From contig CAZRPW010000004.1 of assembly GCA_964601975.1 (NCBI GenBank), positions 18,050 through 82,049 of the forward strand: DNA of 64,000 nt. The letters run 5' to 3'. Position numbers and translations under genes: made by a program. This document shows positions 28,846 through 37,503 of this stretch, in pieces. Position 1 is the stretch's first letter. The number at the start of each line of letters is the position of its first letter. The notes beneath the pieces are model-generated. The model did not search any database. It was not told the origin of the DNA and saw only the letters and a program-made list of their open reading frames with translations. The stretch is from an uncultured Bacteroides sp. (GTDB lineage: Bacteria > Bacteroidota > Bacteroidia > Bacteroidales > GCA-2748055).

Positions 28846-31800
28846 TTAACTCCTGGCAGACCTGCTTCTCCTTAGATTGCCGCTATATTCAATCGCCCTG
28901 TACAATGCGCGGTATCTTAAAAGCGCATAGAGAACCAGGATCATGGCCCATATGGCTAGAAGGTTAAAGGTGCGTGTGGGAATGTATGTTCCCCCGAGGC
29001 GTTTGACAGATGCATAAAAATGGGCCCGACCATTCTTCTTTGTGGGATAGGTGTATACCGGATCCATCTTCCGGATCAGGAGGCCATCTCTTTTTATAAG
29101 CTTATGAAGTTCATTTCTGTTCAGCACAAGCTGGGCCAGCTGTTCATTATGGTATTCCCTTTTCATTTGCACATAGGCCCCCTTACCACCAGCCTCTCTC
29201 ATCAGCGAATCAATAAGCATATCCTTCTTTCTTGAAAGCTTATCCCTGTGATCACGTAGTGCAGATTGATAGTTTTGCAGCCAGCGTATGGCCTCTTTCC
29301 CATTACTCGCTGAGAACTGGTCCGGAACCAGGCTTTGAGCATTGGGGTAAGGGGTGCTAAGGGTAATGGAGGCGAAGGCGTTTTCTATGGTCCGAAGACT
29401 TGCAGAAAGTTCCTTTTCCCGATTCTCCTCCAGAAAAGAAAGGGCATCCTCTATCTCCTGGGTGATAGCAGGGACGAGAAATTGCATGTCATAGTTTATG
29501 TTGCTCTCAAGCATCTCTGTAGAAAACAACGGTTTCTGGTAAGCATTGTTCTCAAACTGGTTCACTGCAAGGGCTTCGTAGGCCCAGCGACTTGCCATAA
29601 AGTCGCCCGAAAAGGGAACCACAAGATCAGATGCAAGTTTGTAGTGTAGTTTGTCGAACTTTACAATTACTCCGGCCAGGAGGATTTGGGGTACAAGCAG
29701 AAAGGGGACTATTACATAAATTGCAACTACCGATTTCAGGCCGTCGGATAAGAGCAGTCCCAGCACATTGGCAAAGCAGGCTGTCGAAAACAGGATCAGC
29801 CAGTATGAGAATGTAAGCCCTCTAATCTCCATAATCAGGTTGCCAATTAAAACAAACATAAGCATCTGTATGCCTGATAAAATAAACAGCAGGGAGATTT
29901 TGGAGAAGAGGTAGGCGCTTCGGCTCAGGTTGAGGAAGGACTCTCTTTCATGGATTTTACGGTCTCTGTGGATCTCTTCTGCTGCAATTATAAGCCCGAG
30001 AAAAAGCGCCACAACCACACACATAAACAGGTATGAAGGGAGGTTCTCGTTCTGACTGAAAAGGTAGGTGTGAGGGTCGGTGTCATCGCCGGAAACATAT
30101 TTGGAAAAGAATCCAAGGATGAAGGCCAGGAGCGGAGCCACAAGAAGTGCAATGGACATGAACTGGCGGTCTGCCAGTTTTGAAAGCAGGTTTCTTTTGA
30201 AGAAGATCTGAAATTGCCTGAATGCTCCCGGAACCTGGAACTTATGAGAGGGTATAGGGCTTTTTTCAGAAGAGAATTCCATCTTCGCCTCAATCTTCTC
30301 CCGGTAAAGCGAGTACCACTCGGCCGGCGTGGATTTTCGTTTCGCTGTGAAGGTGCCGGATTCATCCACGTCTCTTGCCTCTATGACATTAAGAATATCG
30401 TCGGGATTGACATGTCCGCATGCCTGACATTCACTCTCTGAGGCGTCTACCCTGTCGGCCAGTTTTTTAAAATAGGTGATTGCTTCAATGGGATTACCTG
30501 AATAAACCGCGTAGCCGCCCCTGTCAAGGACGATCAGGTGATCGAACTGTTTAAAGAGTTCGGACGAGGGCTGGTGAATGGTTGAGAGAACCAATTTCCC
30601 TTTAAGAGTCTGTTCTTTTAGCAGTGCGATTACGTTTTCAGAATCGGTGGATGATAATCCGGATGTGGGTTCATCCACAAAAAGTAAATGGGGTTCACGA
30701 ATCAGTTCGAGGGCTATATTCAGCCTTTTCCGTTGTCCCCCGCTAATGAATTTATTAAGCGGTGATCCAACTTTCAGGTCTTTCGCATCGAATAGATCAA
30801 GTTCGGTAAGCAGGTTATTGACAGATTCATCTACCTCCTGGCTTGTGTGCCCATCCAGGCAAAGACGGGCATTGAAAAGCAGGTTTTGCCTGACAGTAAG
30901 CTCCTCCATCAACAGGTCGTCCTGGGGAATATATCCGATCATTCCTTCCAGCTCCTTGTGATTGCTATGCAGATTAAGTCCATTTATAAGGATTTCACCC
31001 GACACCGGCTTTAGTCCGCCGTTCAGTACCTTAAGGAGGGTGGACTTGCCTGCCCCACTTCCACCAATGATTCCAACCAGCTGACCTGATTTGCCCTGGA
31101 AACTGAATTTCCTGATTCCGTGGGATGAGTTTCTGAAGCGATATTCTATCTCCCTTGCACAGAACCTGACCGCCTGATTGTTAGTATCCAGTATATATCC
31201 AGATACTATATCCGAGTAGTAGAGAGGGCTAATGCCTGGGCCCCTGATTGCCCCACCCCGGGGAAAGATGTAAACATGCCTGGGGAAAATATATTTTCCT
31301 TTGCTTTCCAGTTTTGCTCTCCCCACATACTGGAACAGGTAAATGTTTGCCCGTTTAATCCTTAGGATGAAGATTTGTCCGGGAAGGCCGTCTTTCTGCA
31401 GATGCCCCATTTCTCCTTCCATGAATCCAGGGTCATCACTGACGATAAGGACCTTATCTTTTCCTGGAATCTGGTAGAATTTGTCATTTATAAATGTTGA
31501 GCAATTCTCATATTCCTCGCGGGTAATCAGAAGCCCCTCAGCAACCGTTTGAACTGCGTCGGAGATGGTGCCTGAAAACCCGGCGCTGGCCATCCCTGCA
31601 TCTGAAAAGAATCTGGTAAACCTGATTAAACTGAGGAGGATCATGAACCTTTGGGTGATATTCAGTTCCTCCACAATCTGGTAACATATTTTCAGGATTT
31701 TTACAGACCATACAGAGATTTTCTTTTCTCTTTGTCCCTTCCCTACTAAATCGAACTCCCTGACATATTCTTCAAATACAAGTAAGTACTTATCGGCCAG

Positions 31801-31929
31801 AGACTTGCTAAACTGTTCCGTGAGATAGGATTCGACAAAGTTTCTCGCAAGCAGATGCATGGCTCCCCTGTCGATGCTTACCATAATGGCAAACAAACGC
31901 ATTAAGGAGTTTAGCATGGATTCATTCAT
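28846..31929 (-). CDS. Large fused ABC transporter, ABCG/ABC-2 topology (N-terminal extension - NBD - TMD)
   Basis: Walker A GGSGAGKST, GYIPQDD, signature ISGGQRKRLNIALEL, Walker B/D-loop LFVDEPTSGLS, H-loop TIHQPS; six C-terminal TMs with EEIHRDRKIHERE and SRWAYEAL. Confidence 0.9.
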   Translation of the reverse strand: MNESMLNSLMRLFAIMVSIDRGAMHLLARNFVESYLTEQFSKSLADKYLLVFEEYVREFDLVGKGQREKKISVWSVKILKICYQIVEELNITQRFMILLSLIRFTRFFSDAGMASAGFSGTISDAVQTVAEGLLITREEYENCSTFINDKFYQIPGKDKVLIVSDDPGFMEGEMGHLQKDGLPGQIFILRIKRANIYLFQYVGRAKLESKGKYIFPRHVYIFPRGGAIRGPGISPLYYSDIVSGYILDTNNQAVRFCAREIEYRFRNSSHGIRKFSFQGKSGQLVGIIGGSGAGKSTLLKVLNGGLKPVSGEILINGLNLHSNHKELEGMIGYIPQDDLLMEELTVRQNLLFNARLCLDGHTSQEVDESVNNLLTELDLFDAKDLKVGSPLNKFISGGQRKRLNIALELIREPHLLFVDEPTSGLSSTDSENVIALLKEQTLKGKLVLSTIHQPSSELFKQFDHLIVLDRGGYAVYSGNPIEAITYFKKLADRVDASESECQACGHVNPDDILNVIEARDVDESGTFTAKRKSTPAEWYSLYREKIEAKMEFSSEKSPIPSHKFQVPGAFRQFQIFFKRNLLSKLADRQFMSIALLVAPLLAFILGFFSKYVSGDDTDPHTYLFSQNENLPSYLFMCVVVALFLGLIIAAEEIHRDRKIHERESFLNLSRSAYLFSKISLLFILSGIQMLMFVLIGNLIMEIRGLTFSYWLILFSTACFANVLGLLLSDGLKSVVAIYVIVPFLLVPQILLAGVIVKFDKLHYKLASDLVVPFSGDFMASRWAYEALAVNQFENNAYQKPLFSTEMLESNINYDMQFLVPAITQEIEDALSFLEENREKELSASLRTIENAFASITLSTPYPNAQSLVPDQFSASNGKEAIRWLQNYQSALRDHRDKLSRKKDMLIDSLMREAGGKGAYVQMKREYHNEQLAQLVLNRNELHKLIKRDGLLIRKMDPVYTYPTKKNGRAHFYASVKRLGGTYIPTRTFNLLAIWAMILVLYALLRYRALYRAIEYSGNLRRSRSARS

Positions 31930-33031
31930 GGGGAAAAACCATTTTCATCTTTCCTTTTTCATCTTTCGTTTTCTCAAAGACCAGGTGTCCGCCATGGGCT
32001 TCCATAATCATTCGGGAGACCGCCAGGCCAATTCCCATGTTCAGATTCAGGGGGCTATCGTTTGTTGAGAAATGATTGCTCAGAAAATCAAACAGGGAAT
32101 CTGAATAATTGTCTCCCTGGTCTTCCACCTGGCACTCCACTTTTTCATCCTTCTCGATGCTTGTGATCAGGATTTCTCCACCTTTACCTGTATGTTCTTC
32201 CGCAAAACGGATCAGGTTTACCAGACAACTCACAAGCAGGCCCGAATCACCTTTGACCGTATAGTTGGCCGATCCCGAAACATTTTTTAAACTGATTCCC
32301 AGTTCCTTTTGTTCCTCACTGGTTTCAATGGCGCCATACTGGATTACCTGTGAAATGGATACCTGCTCCTTATTCAGGGAAAATCCGGGTGATTTTAATA
32401 CGGATATTTGCCTGGCAAGTACAGAGAACTGTTCCAGTTTAAATACAGAATTGTCGAGGATATTTACAACCTCGGTGAGTTCGTCGCCTTTAATTTTTGT
32501 TTTAAGCATGTGCAGTGTCCCCATAATCTGGTTCAGGGGGGTGCTGATCTCATTGCTGATGGAGTTAATAATCTCCGATTTCAGGCCGTCCAGGTTGAGC
32601 AATTCCACATTCGCTTTTTCCAGCTCTTCCAGGATTTGCCTGTTCTTTTTCTTCAGGTGGTAGACTTCCAGGGAACTGTTGATGGATGCCCTGACTTCAT
32701 CGGCCTGCATGGGTTTCTTAATGTACCCATGAACACGGCCTACGTTAACAGCTTCAATCACTGTTTCAGTGTCTGTAAAGGCAGTAAGCAGGTAGCGGCG
32801 AATATCAGGGTGTTTTTCAGCCACGATTTCCAGCAGTTCGGTACCCATCATCTTGGGCATTCGTTGGTCTGAGACGAGTACCTGAACCTCTTTTTCCTCC
32901 AGGATTTTCAGAACCTCTTCCGGTGAATCGGATAGGATAAGGTCATAGTCATCTCTGAAAGTTGCTTCAAAAAGCTTCAGATTCATTGGTAAATCATCAA
33001 CATATAGCACTGTAGGCTTATTCTGGTCCAT
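31922..33031 (-). CDS. Receiver domain fused to a degenerate histidine-kinase module (probable pseudokinase)
   Basis: Intact REC (YVDD, SDQRMP, LTA, KKP). The H-box reads SNEISTPL instead of SHE.RTPL, the N-box NLIRFA instead of NL..NA, and G1 DQGDN; G2 GIGLAVSR is kept. Confidence 0.8.
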   Translation of the reverse strand: MDQNKPTVLYVDDLPMNLKLFEATFRDDYDLILSDSPEEVLKILEEKEVQVLVSDQRMPKMMGTELLEIVAEKHPDIRRYLLTAFTDTETVIEAVNVGRVHGYIKKPMQADEVRASINSSLEVYHLKKKNRQILEELEKANVELLNLDGLKSEIINSISNEISTPLNQIMGTLHMLKTKIKGDELTEVVNILDNSVFKLEQFSVLARQISVLKSPGFSLNKEQVSISQVIQYGAIETSEEQKELGISLKNVSGSANYTVKGDSGLLVSCLVNLIRFAEEHTGKGGEILITSIEKDEKVECQVEDQGDNYSDSLFDFLSNHFSTNDSPLNLNMGIGLAVSRMIMEAHGGHLVFEKTKDEKGKMKMVFPHE

Positions 33032-33063
33032 GGCAAAAATTTAAAAAAGGTATACGAGCATAT

Positions 33064-33071
33064 CAAATATA
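33064..33071 (-). promoter_or_regulatory. -7 box (TATATTTG) for the pseudokinase-ABC operon
   Basis: Exact TAnnTTTG match 32 nt upstream of ATG 33031. Confidence 0.55.
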
Positions 33072-33178
33072 AGTCATTTTTACAAGCCTTCAACAGATCT
33101 TATTCTTCCAGTATGTTGAAAACTATGTCCGGATTTCCTAACTTACCTGTCCTCATTTAAAATTTAAAACTCAGAATT

Positions 33179-33559
33179 ATGAAAAAATCAAGCCTTTTGC
33201 TCCTTCCTGCAACAATACTGTTTCTGGTGTTTCAGTCCTTCATTTTCAATTTTACTACAGGGTCTGAATTCCCTGCCGATGTGAAGGAAATATTAAAGAC
33301 CTCATGTTATGATTGTCATTCAAAGGATGCTTCCAATAAAAAGGGAACCCTTGCCCTGAACTTCGATAAATGGGATGATTACAAAATTACCAAAAGAATT
33401 TCTAAGCTTGACGCAATTGCGGAAGTGATCGAAGAGGGTAAAATGCCACCTGCAAAATATCTCAAAAATAATGCGGATAAGGCCCTCTCTGACGATCAGG
33501 AAGAATTGGTCCTTAACTGGGTTGAAGAGGAGGCAGAAAAACTGATGGGAGAGAATTGA
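33179..33559 (+). CDS. Exported monoheme c-type cytochrome, Haem_bd-like domain
   Basis: Signal/TM, ILKTSCYDCHS (CXXCH), LNF..W, GKMPP (candidate axial Met). Confidence 0.85.
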   Translation: MKKSSLLLLPATILFLVFQSFIFNFTTGSEFPADVKEILKTSCYDCHSKDASNKKGTLALNFDKWDDYKITKRISKLDAIAEVIEEGKMPPAKYLKNNADKALSDDQEELVLNWVEEEAEKLMGEN

Positions 33560-34035
33560 TGCGAAGGCAAATAAAGCTTACAGGCCTGATCCTTTTGGGT
33601 CTGCTGATAGCCATTCAGTTTATTCAGCCCGAGCGAAACCTTTCTGAGGATGTGAAGGAGAATGATATGCTGAATTCCATGGCTGTGCCCGCTGAGGTGG
33701 CTGAACTCCTGCAAAATTCCTGCTATGATTGTCATTCTGAATATACCCGCTATCCCTGGTACAGTAAAATCTCGCCCGTATCATGGTTCCTGAACCGGCA
33801 TATTGAGCAGGGAAAAGAGGACCTTAATTTCAATGAATACGCAGGGCTTAAGGAGCGGAAGAAGATTGGAGTCCTGACATCTGTTTGCGAGGTCCTTGAA
33901 TCGGGGGCCATGCCTTTGCCTGGCTACCTGTTTATTCACCAGAGCGCAGTTTTGGATGATGAAGAAATTGCAGAGATCTGTGACTGGGCCGAATCTGAAG
34001 CGCTGAAAATCATGCAGTCAGACGATACTCCCTGA
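33559..34035 (+). CDS. Haem_bd-domain monoheme c-type cytochrome
   Basis: IQFIQPERN, NSCYDCHSEYTRYPWYSKISPVSW, GKEDLNF.E, AMPL..Y..IH; TGATG stop/start overlap with the upstream paralog. Confidence 0.9.
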   Translation: MRRQIKLTGLILLGLLIAIQFIQPERNLSEDVKENDMLNSMAVPAEVAELLQNSCYDCHSEYTRYPWYSKISPVSWFLNRHIEQGKEDLNFNEYAGLKERKKIGVLTSVCEVLESGAMPLPGYLFIHQSAVLDDEEIAEICDWAESEALKIMQSDDTP

Positions 34036-34075
34036 GCTTTTGTTAAAAGTGTGAAATTTTGACAAAAGCCTTTAA
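34036..34075 (+). terminator. Inverted repeat directly after the heme-protein pair (terminator or operator)
   Basis: GCTTTTGTTAAAA / TTTTGACAAAAGC 13-bp arms with one G-U pair and an 8-nt spacer. Confidence 0.45.
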
Positions 34076-34190
34076 TTTCATGGTATTTTTAATTTACAGG
34101 GCGAAATTCCTCCTGTCACCAATATCAAACAATTGGTAAAAATCAAATGCTTAAAATGGAGCGAGAGCTTGTTGTGGAAGCATTTATGGC

Positions 34191-34198
34191 TAAATTTG
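34191..34198 (+). promoter_or_regulatory. -7 box (TAAATTTG) for the 34236 lipoprotein
   Basis: Exact TAnnTTTG match. Confidence 0.5.
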
Positions 34199-34235
34199 GA
34201 TGTAAGACTTTAAAAGGAAATAAACCATAGAAATT

Positions 34236-34775
34236 ATGAAACAGATTAAACAACTTGCATTTTTGATGATCGTCGTCCTGGCAACAGCCTCTTGTAACAT
34301 GTTGAATGTCGATGTGGACACGACCATGAGTGGAGTCCTTAGCATCGATGTTGATGAGCCCATGGTAAAGGCGGCCGTAGCCAGCTATCCCTTTGACGCA
34401 AGTAAGATCCTGGATCCTCAAGAAGATGAAGATGTTAAAAAATATGCTTCCAATATTGTTGAGGTTGGTGTCGGGAATATAACGGCTGAAGTGATCTCTG
34501 TGAGTAAGGATGATGTGGCTATACTGCAGGGCGCAGTTGTTACTATCTCTGATGAGGCAAATTCTACTACCTGGGTTCTTCCGGAAGACTGGCCAATTGA
34601 AGTAGGTAATACCTATCAGCTAAATGACCAGGATGGATTTTACGAAGAGATTTCTGCCATCCTCGAGGATGTGGAAAAATTTACAATTAGCATGGCTGGT
34701 AACAGCACTGTATCCGGGGTTAGAATTGAACTGAAATTCAGTATTGATGCTACTGCAACAGGCAGCGTCTTTTAA
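34236..34775 (+). CDS. Hypothetical acidic lipoprotein
   Basis: MKQIKQ... signal with lipobox TASC; beta-rich, acidic mature domain. Confidence 0.75.
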   Translation: MKQIKQLAFLMIVVLATASCNMLNVDVDTTMSGVLSIDVDEPMVKAAVASYPFDASKILDPQEDEDVKKYASNIVEVGVGNITAEVISVSKDDVAILQGAVVTISDEANSTTWVLPEDWPIEVGNTYQLNDQDGFYEEISAILEDVEKFTISMAGNSTVSGVRIELKFSIDATATGSVF

Positions 34776-34799
34776 TTCTGCAGGAAAAAGGAGTTTTAG

Positions 34800-34872
34800 A
34801 GCCACTCAGGGGACTCGAACCCCCGACCTGTTCATTACGAATGAACTGCTCTACCAGCTGAGCTAAAGTGGC
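34800..34872 (-). tRNA. tRNA-Thr (anticodon CGT)
   Basis: Reverse complement GCCACTT TA GCTC AGCTGGTA GAGC A GTTCA TT CGT AA TGAAC AGGTC GGGGG TTCGAGT CCCCT GAGTGGC T folds as a cloverleaf; CCA is not encoded. Confidence 0.97.
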
Positions 34873-34889
34873 GTATCATTTCAAGGGCT

Positions 34890-34897
34890 CAAAGGTA
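34890..34897 (-). promoter_or_regulatory. -7 box (TACCTTTG) for tRNA-Thr
   Basis: Exact TAnnTTTG match 17 nt upstream of the tRNA 5' end. Confidence 0.65.
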
Positions 34898-34977
34898 AAA
34901 CTTATTAAGAAAATTCAATAACTGATTTTCAGATTATATATCTTGCAGATTGCCAGGTAATCTTTCAAGATCAGATT

Positions 34978-37437
34978 ATGAATGTTCCCAACAAAGTTTT
35001 ATCGTGCTTCCTGTTTTTTATATTCCTCATTTTTCCGGGCTCCTGTGCGAATACGGTCCTGCCCGAATACTATCGCCAGGCGGATTTCAATGCCGGTTGG
35101 AGCTATTACATCGGGGACATTGAGCATATAAGGGGTCCAGGTCTGAACGACCTGGTGTGGAAACCTGTTCATCTGCCCCACGACTGGAGTATTGAAGATT
35201 ATGAAATCCAGGATTCTCTTCACCAGGGGCCTTTTTTCAAAGACCTGGCCGGGGGAAGTGATGTGGGCTATCTGAGAAATGGGATTGCATGGTACCGCAA
35301 GGAATTTATAAGTCCGAAAGGTCTTGGCGGAAAGCGCCTTGTGTTGAATTTTGACGGAGTTCAGACACAGATGGAGCTATGGATTAATGGCGTGAAAACC
35401 GGAGAACATGTCTATGGCTACACCCCCTTTAAATTTGATATCACTTCAGCGTTAAAGGGTGAAGGGGAGATGAATACGATTGCGGTTAAGACCATCAATA
35501 CGGGAGAGAATTCAAGGTGGTTTGCAGGTGCCGGAATCTACAGGCCGGTTTCAATTTCCCTGCTTAACGATGTAGCCATTACCCCCTGGGGAGTACAAAT
35601 CACCACTTCCGGTCATAAGGCAGCATCGGCCGAAATCAGTATTGGGATAGATGTTGAAAATCTAAAGCACGAGCCTGCAGAGACGGAGCTCCGGGTGGAA
35701 TTGATTGCTCCGGATGGCGAACGAACAAGGCTTGAACCCTATTCCATGATCCTTGCCGGGGAGTCCCAATCCCGGATTGAACTTTCCACCATGATTGAGA
35801 ATCCCAGTCTCTGGGGTGTCTGTCACCCCGAGCTTTACAGGGCTATTGTGAGGCTTTATTGCAATGGCAGAGAAGCAGACTCATACGAAAGCACTTTTGG
35901 GATCAGGACCATTTCTTACAACGCAGGGGAGGGTTTTATGCTGAATGGAGAGAAGATCCTGATGAAAGGGGGATGTATGCATCATGACAATGGTTTATTG
36001 GGTGCAGCAGCTTTTCCTGATGCGGAATACAGGCGGGTGAAGATCATGAAGGAAAATGGCTTTAATGCCATCCGCACCAGTCACAATCCTCCCTCGGCTT
36101 CCTTTCTGGATGCCTGTGATAAACTCGGGATGCTGGTAATCGACGAGGCATTTGACCACTGGGTAAAACCCAAACGCCGCAATGACTATTCGAACTACTT
36201 CGGGAAGTGGTACAAGTCTGATGTACAGGCAATGGTATACAGGGACCGGAATCATCCCAGTGTGGTGATGTGGAGTTTTGGAAATGAGGTGCAGGAAAGA
36301 GCGGATCCCGAAGGTATAGAGATAGGGAAGAAGCTGATTGCTGCCATCAGGGAGGTGGATGATACCAGGCCGATTACCCAGGCTGTGTGTGAGTTCTGGG
36401 ACAATCCAGGGCGGGAGTGGGACTACTCGGAAGGGGCCTTCGAGATTCAGGATATCGGGGGGTACAATTACCAGTATAAAAATTACGAGGGAGACCATTT
36501 GAAATATCCTGATCGCCTTATGTATGGATCGGAGACCTTTCCGCTTCAAGCCTGGGAAAACTGGGAGATGGTGAAGCAGCACCCCTATGTGATTGGCGAC
36601 TTCGTCTGGACAGGAATGGATTACCTGGGCGAGTCTGGCATCGGGCACATTCGCTATATAAGTGAAGGTGATACGGAAGAAGGGTTCCACCAGGCCTGGC
36701 CCTGGTATAATGCCTGGTGTGGAGATATCGATATTATTGGAAATAAAAAGCCGCAATCCTATTACAGGGACTTGGTGTGGGGGGAAAGCAAGCTGGAGAT
36801 AGCGGTTGTTAACCCGGTTCCCCCCGGAAAAACCGCCCGTATGTCTAACTGGGCTTGGTATGATGAACTGAACAGCTGGAACCGGGAGGGAGACGAAGGC
36901 AAGGTGGTGAAAGTGAAGGTGTACTCGTCCTACCCCGAAGTCAGGCTGGAGCTTAACGGGGAGCTGATCGGCACTAAGATAATTGGGCCGGCGGACAGGT
37001 TTACTGCCGAATTTGAGGTAAAATACAGTCCGGGAGTACTGAAGGCTAGCGGAACCAATGGGGAACAGACCGAAACCATAAGCCTCACAACTGCAAAAGA
37101 GGCAGCTAAACTGCTTCTCATTCCTGAACAAGAAATGCTGTGTGTGCATAGGAATTCACTAGTATATATTCAGGTGGAGGCAAGGGATGAAGATGGGGTC
37201 CTTGCCATTCAAGAAGATACTGAGGTGGTGGTAGAAGTATCGGGAGCGGCTGAATTGATGGCAGCGGGAAATGCCAGTCCCCTTCACGAAGGGAGTTTTA
37301 CCGACGGGGTATTTAAATTGTTCAGGGGTAAAGGATTGATCATTATCAGGTCTGCGGGCTCTCCCGGGGAGATAAGCGTCAGAGCGAAGTCAGAAAATTT
37401 GCTCATAGACGAGCTTAGACTGGAGGCTCATAATTAG
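34978..37437 (+). CDS. Glycoside hydrolase family 2 (beta-galactosidase-like)
   Basis: LPHDWSI, FDGVQ, HVYGYTPF, SRWFAGAGIYR, GFNAIRTSHNPP, WSFGNE (acid/base), GSET (nucleophile region), C-terminal Ig-like domains. Confidence 0.93.
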   Translation: MNVPNKVLSCFLFFIFLIFPGSCANTVLPEYYRQADFNAGWSYYIGDIEHIRGPGLNDLVWKPVHLPHDWSIEDYEIQDSLHQGPFFKDLAGGSDVGYLRNGIAWYRKEFISPKGLGGKRLVLNFDGVQTQMELWINGVKTGEHVYGYTPFKFDITSALKGEGEMNTIAVKTINTGENSRWFAGAGIYRPVSISLLNDVAITPWGVQITTSGHKAASAEISIGIDVENLKHEPAETELRVELIAPDGERTRLEPYSMILAGESQSRIELSTMIENPSLWGVCHPELYRAIVRLYCNGREADSYESTFGIRTISYNAGEGFMLNGEKILMKGGCMHHDNGLLGAAAFPDAEYRRVKIMKENGFNAIRTSHNPPSASFLDACDKLGMLVIDEAFDHWVKPKRRNDYSNYFGKWYKSDVQAMVYRDRNHPSVVMWSFGNEVQERADPEGIEIGKKLIAAIREVDDTRPITQAVCEFWDNPGREWDYSEGAFEIQDIGGYNYQYKNYEGDHLKYPDRLMYGSETFPLQAWENWEMVKQHPYVIGDFVWTGMDYLGESGIGHIRYISEGDTEEGFHQAWPWYNAWCGDIDIIGNKKPQSYYRDLVWGESKLEIAVVNPVPPGKTARMSNWAWYDELNSWNREGDEGKVVKVKVYSSYPEVRLELNGELIGTKIIGPADRFTAEFEVKYSPGVLKASGTNGEQTETISLTTAKEAAKLLLIPEQEMLCVHRNSLVYIQVEARDEDGVLAIQEDTEVVVEVSGAAELMAAGNASPLHEGSFTDGVFKLFRGKGLIIIRSAGSPGEISVRAKSENLLIDELRLEAHN

Positions 37438-37503
37438 GCCATACAGCTAAATGGCAGCTTTGAAATTCCTTTAAAGTGTTTATTTTTACAAAAATAGCCT
37501 TCG

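Noticed and set aside
34147-34230. 27-aa small ORF MLKMERELVVEAFMAKFGCKTLKGNKP
   Set aside because: No recognisable homology, and it spans the -7 box of the downstream lipoprotein gene; it cannot be supported without expression data.
34800-34830. tRNA-Thr 3' end as an integration (att) site for the neighbouring accessory genes
   Set aside because: No duplicate of the tRNA 3' end and no integrase were spotted in the window; an exact-match search would be needed to exclude it fully.
35995-37149. 384-aa minus-strand ORF
   Set aside because: Entirely antisense to the GH2 gene, with no recognisable motif; typical shadow ORF.
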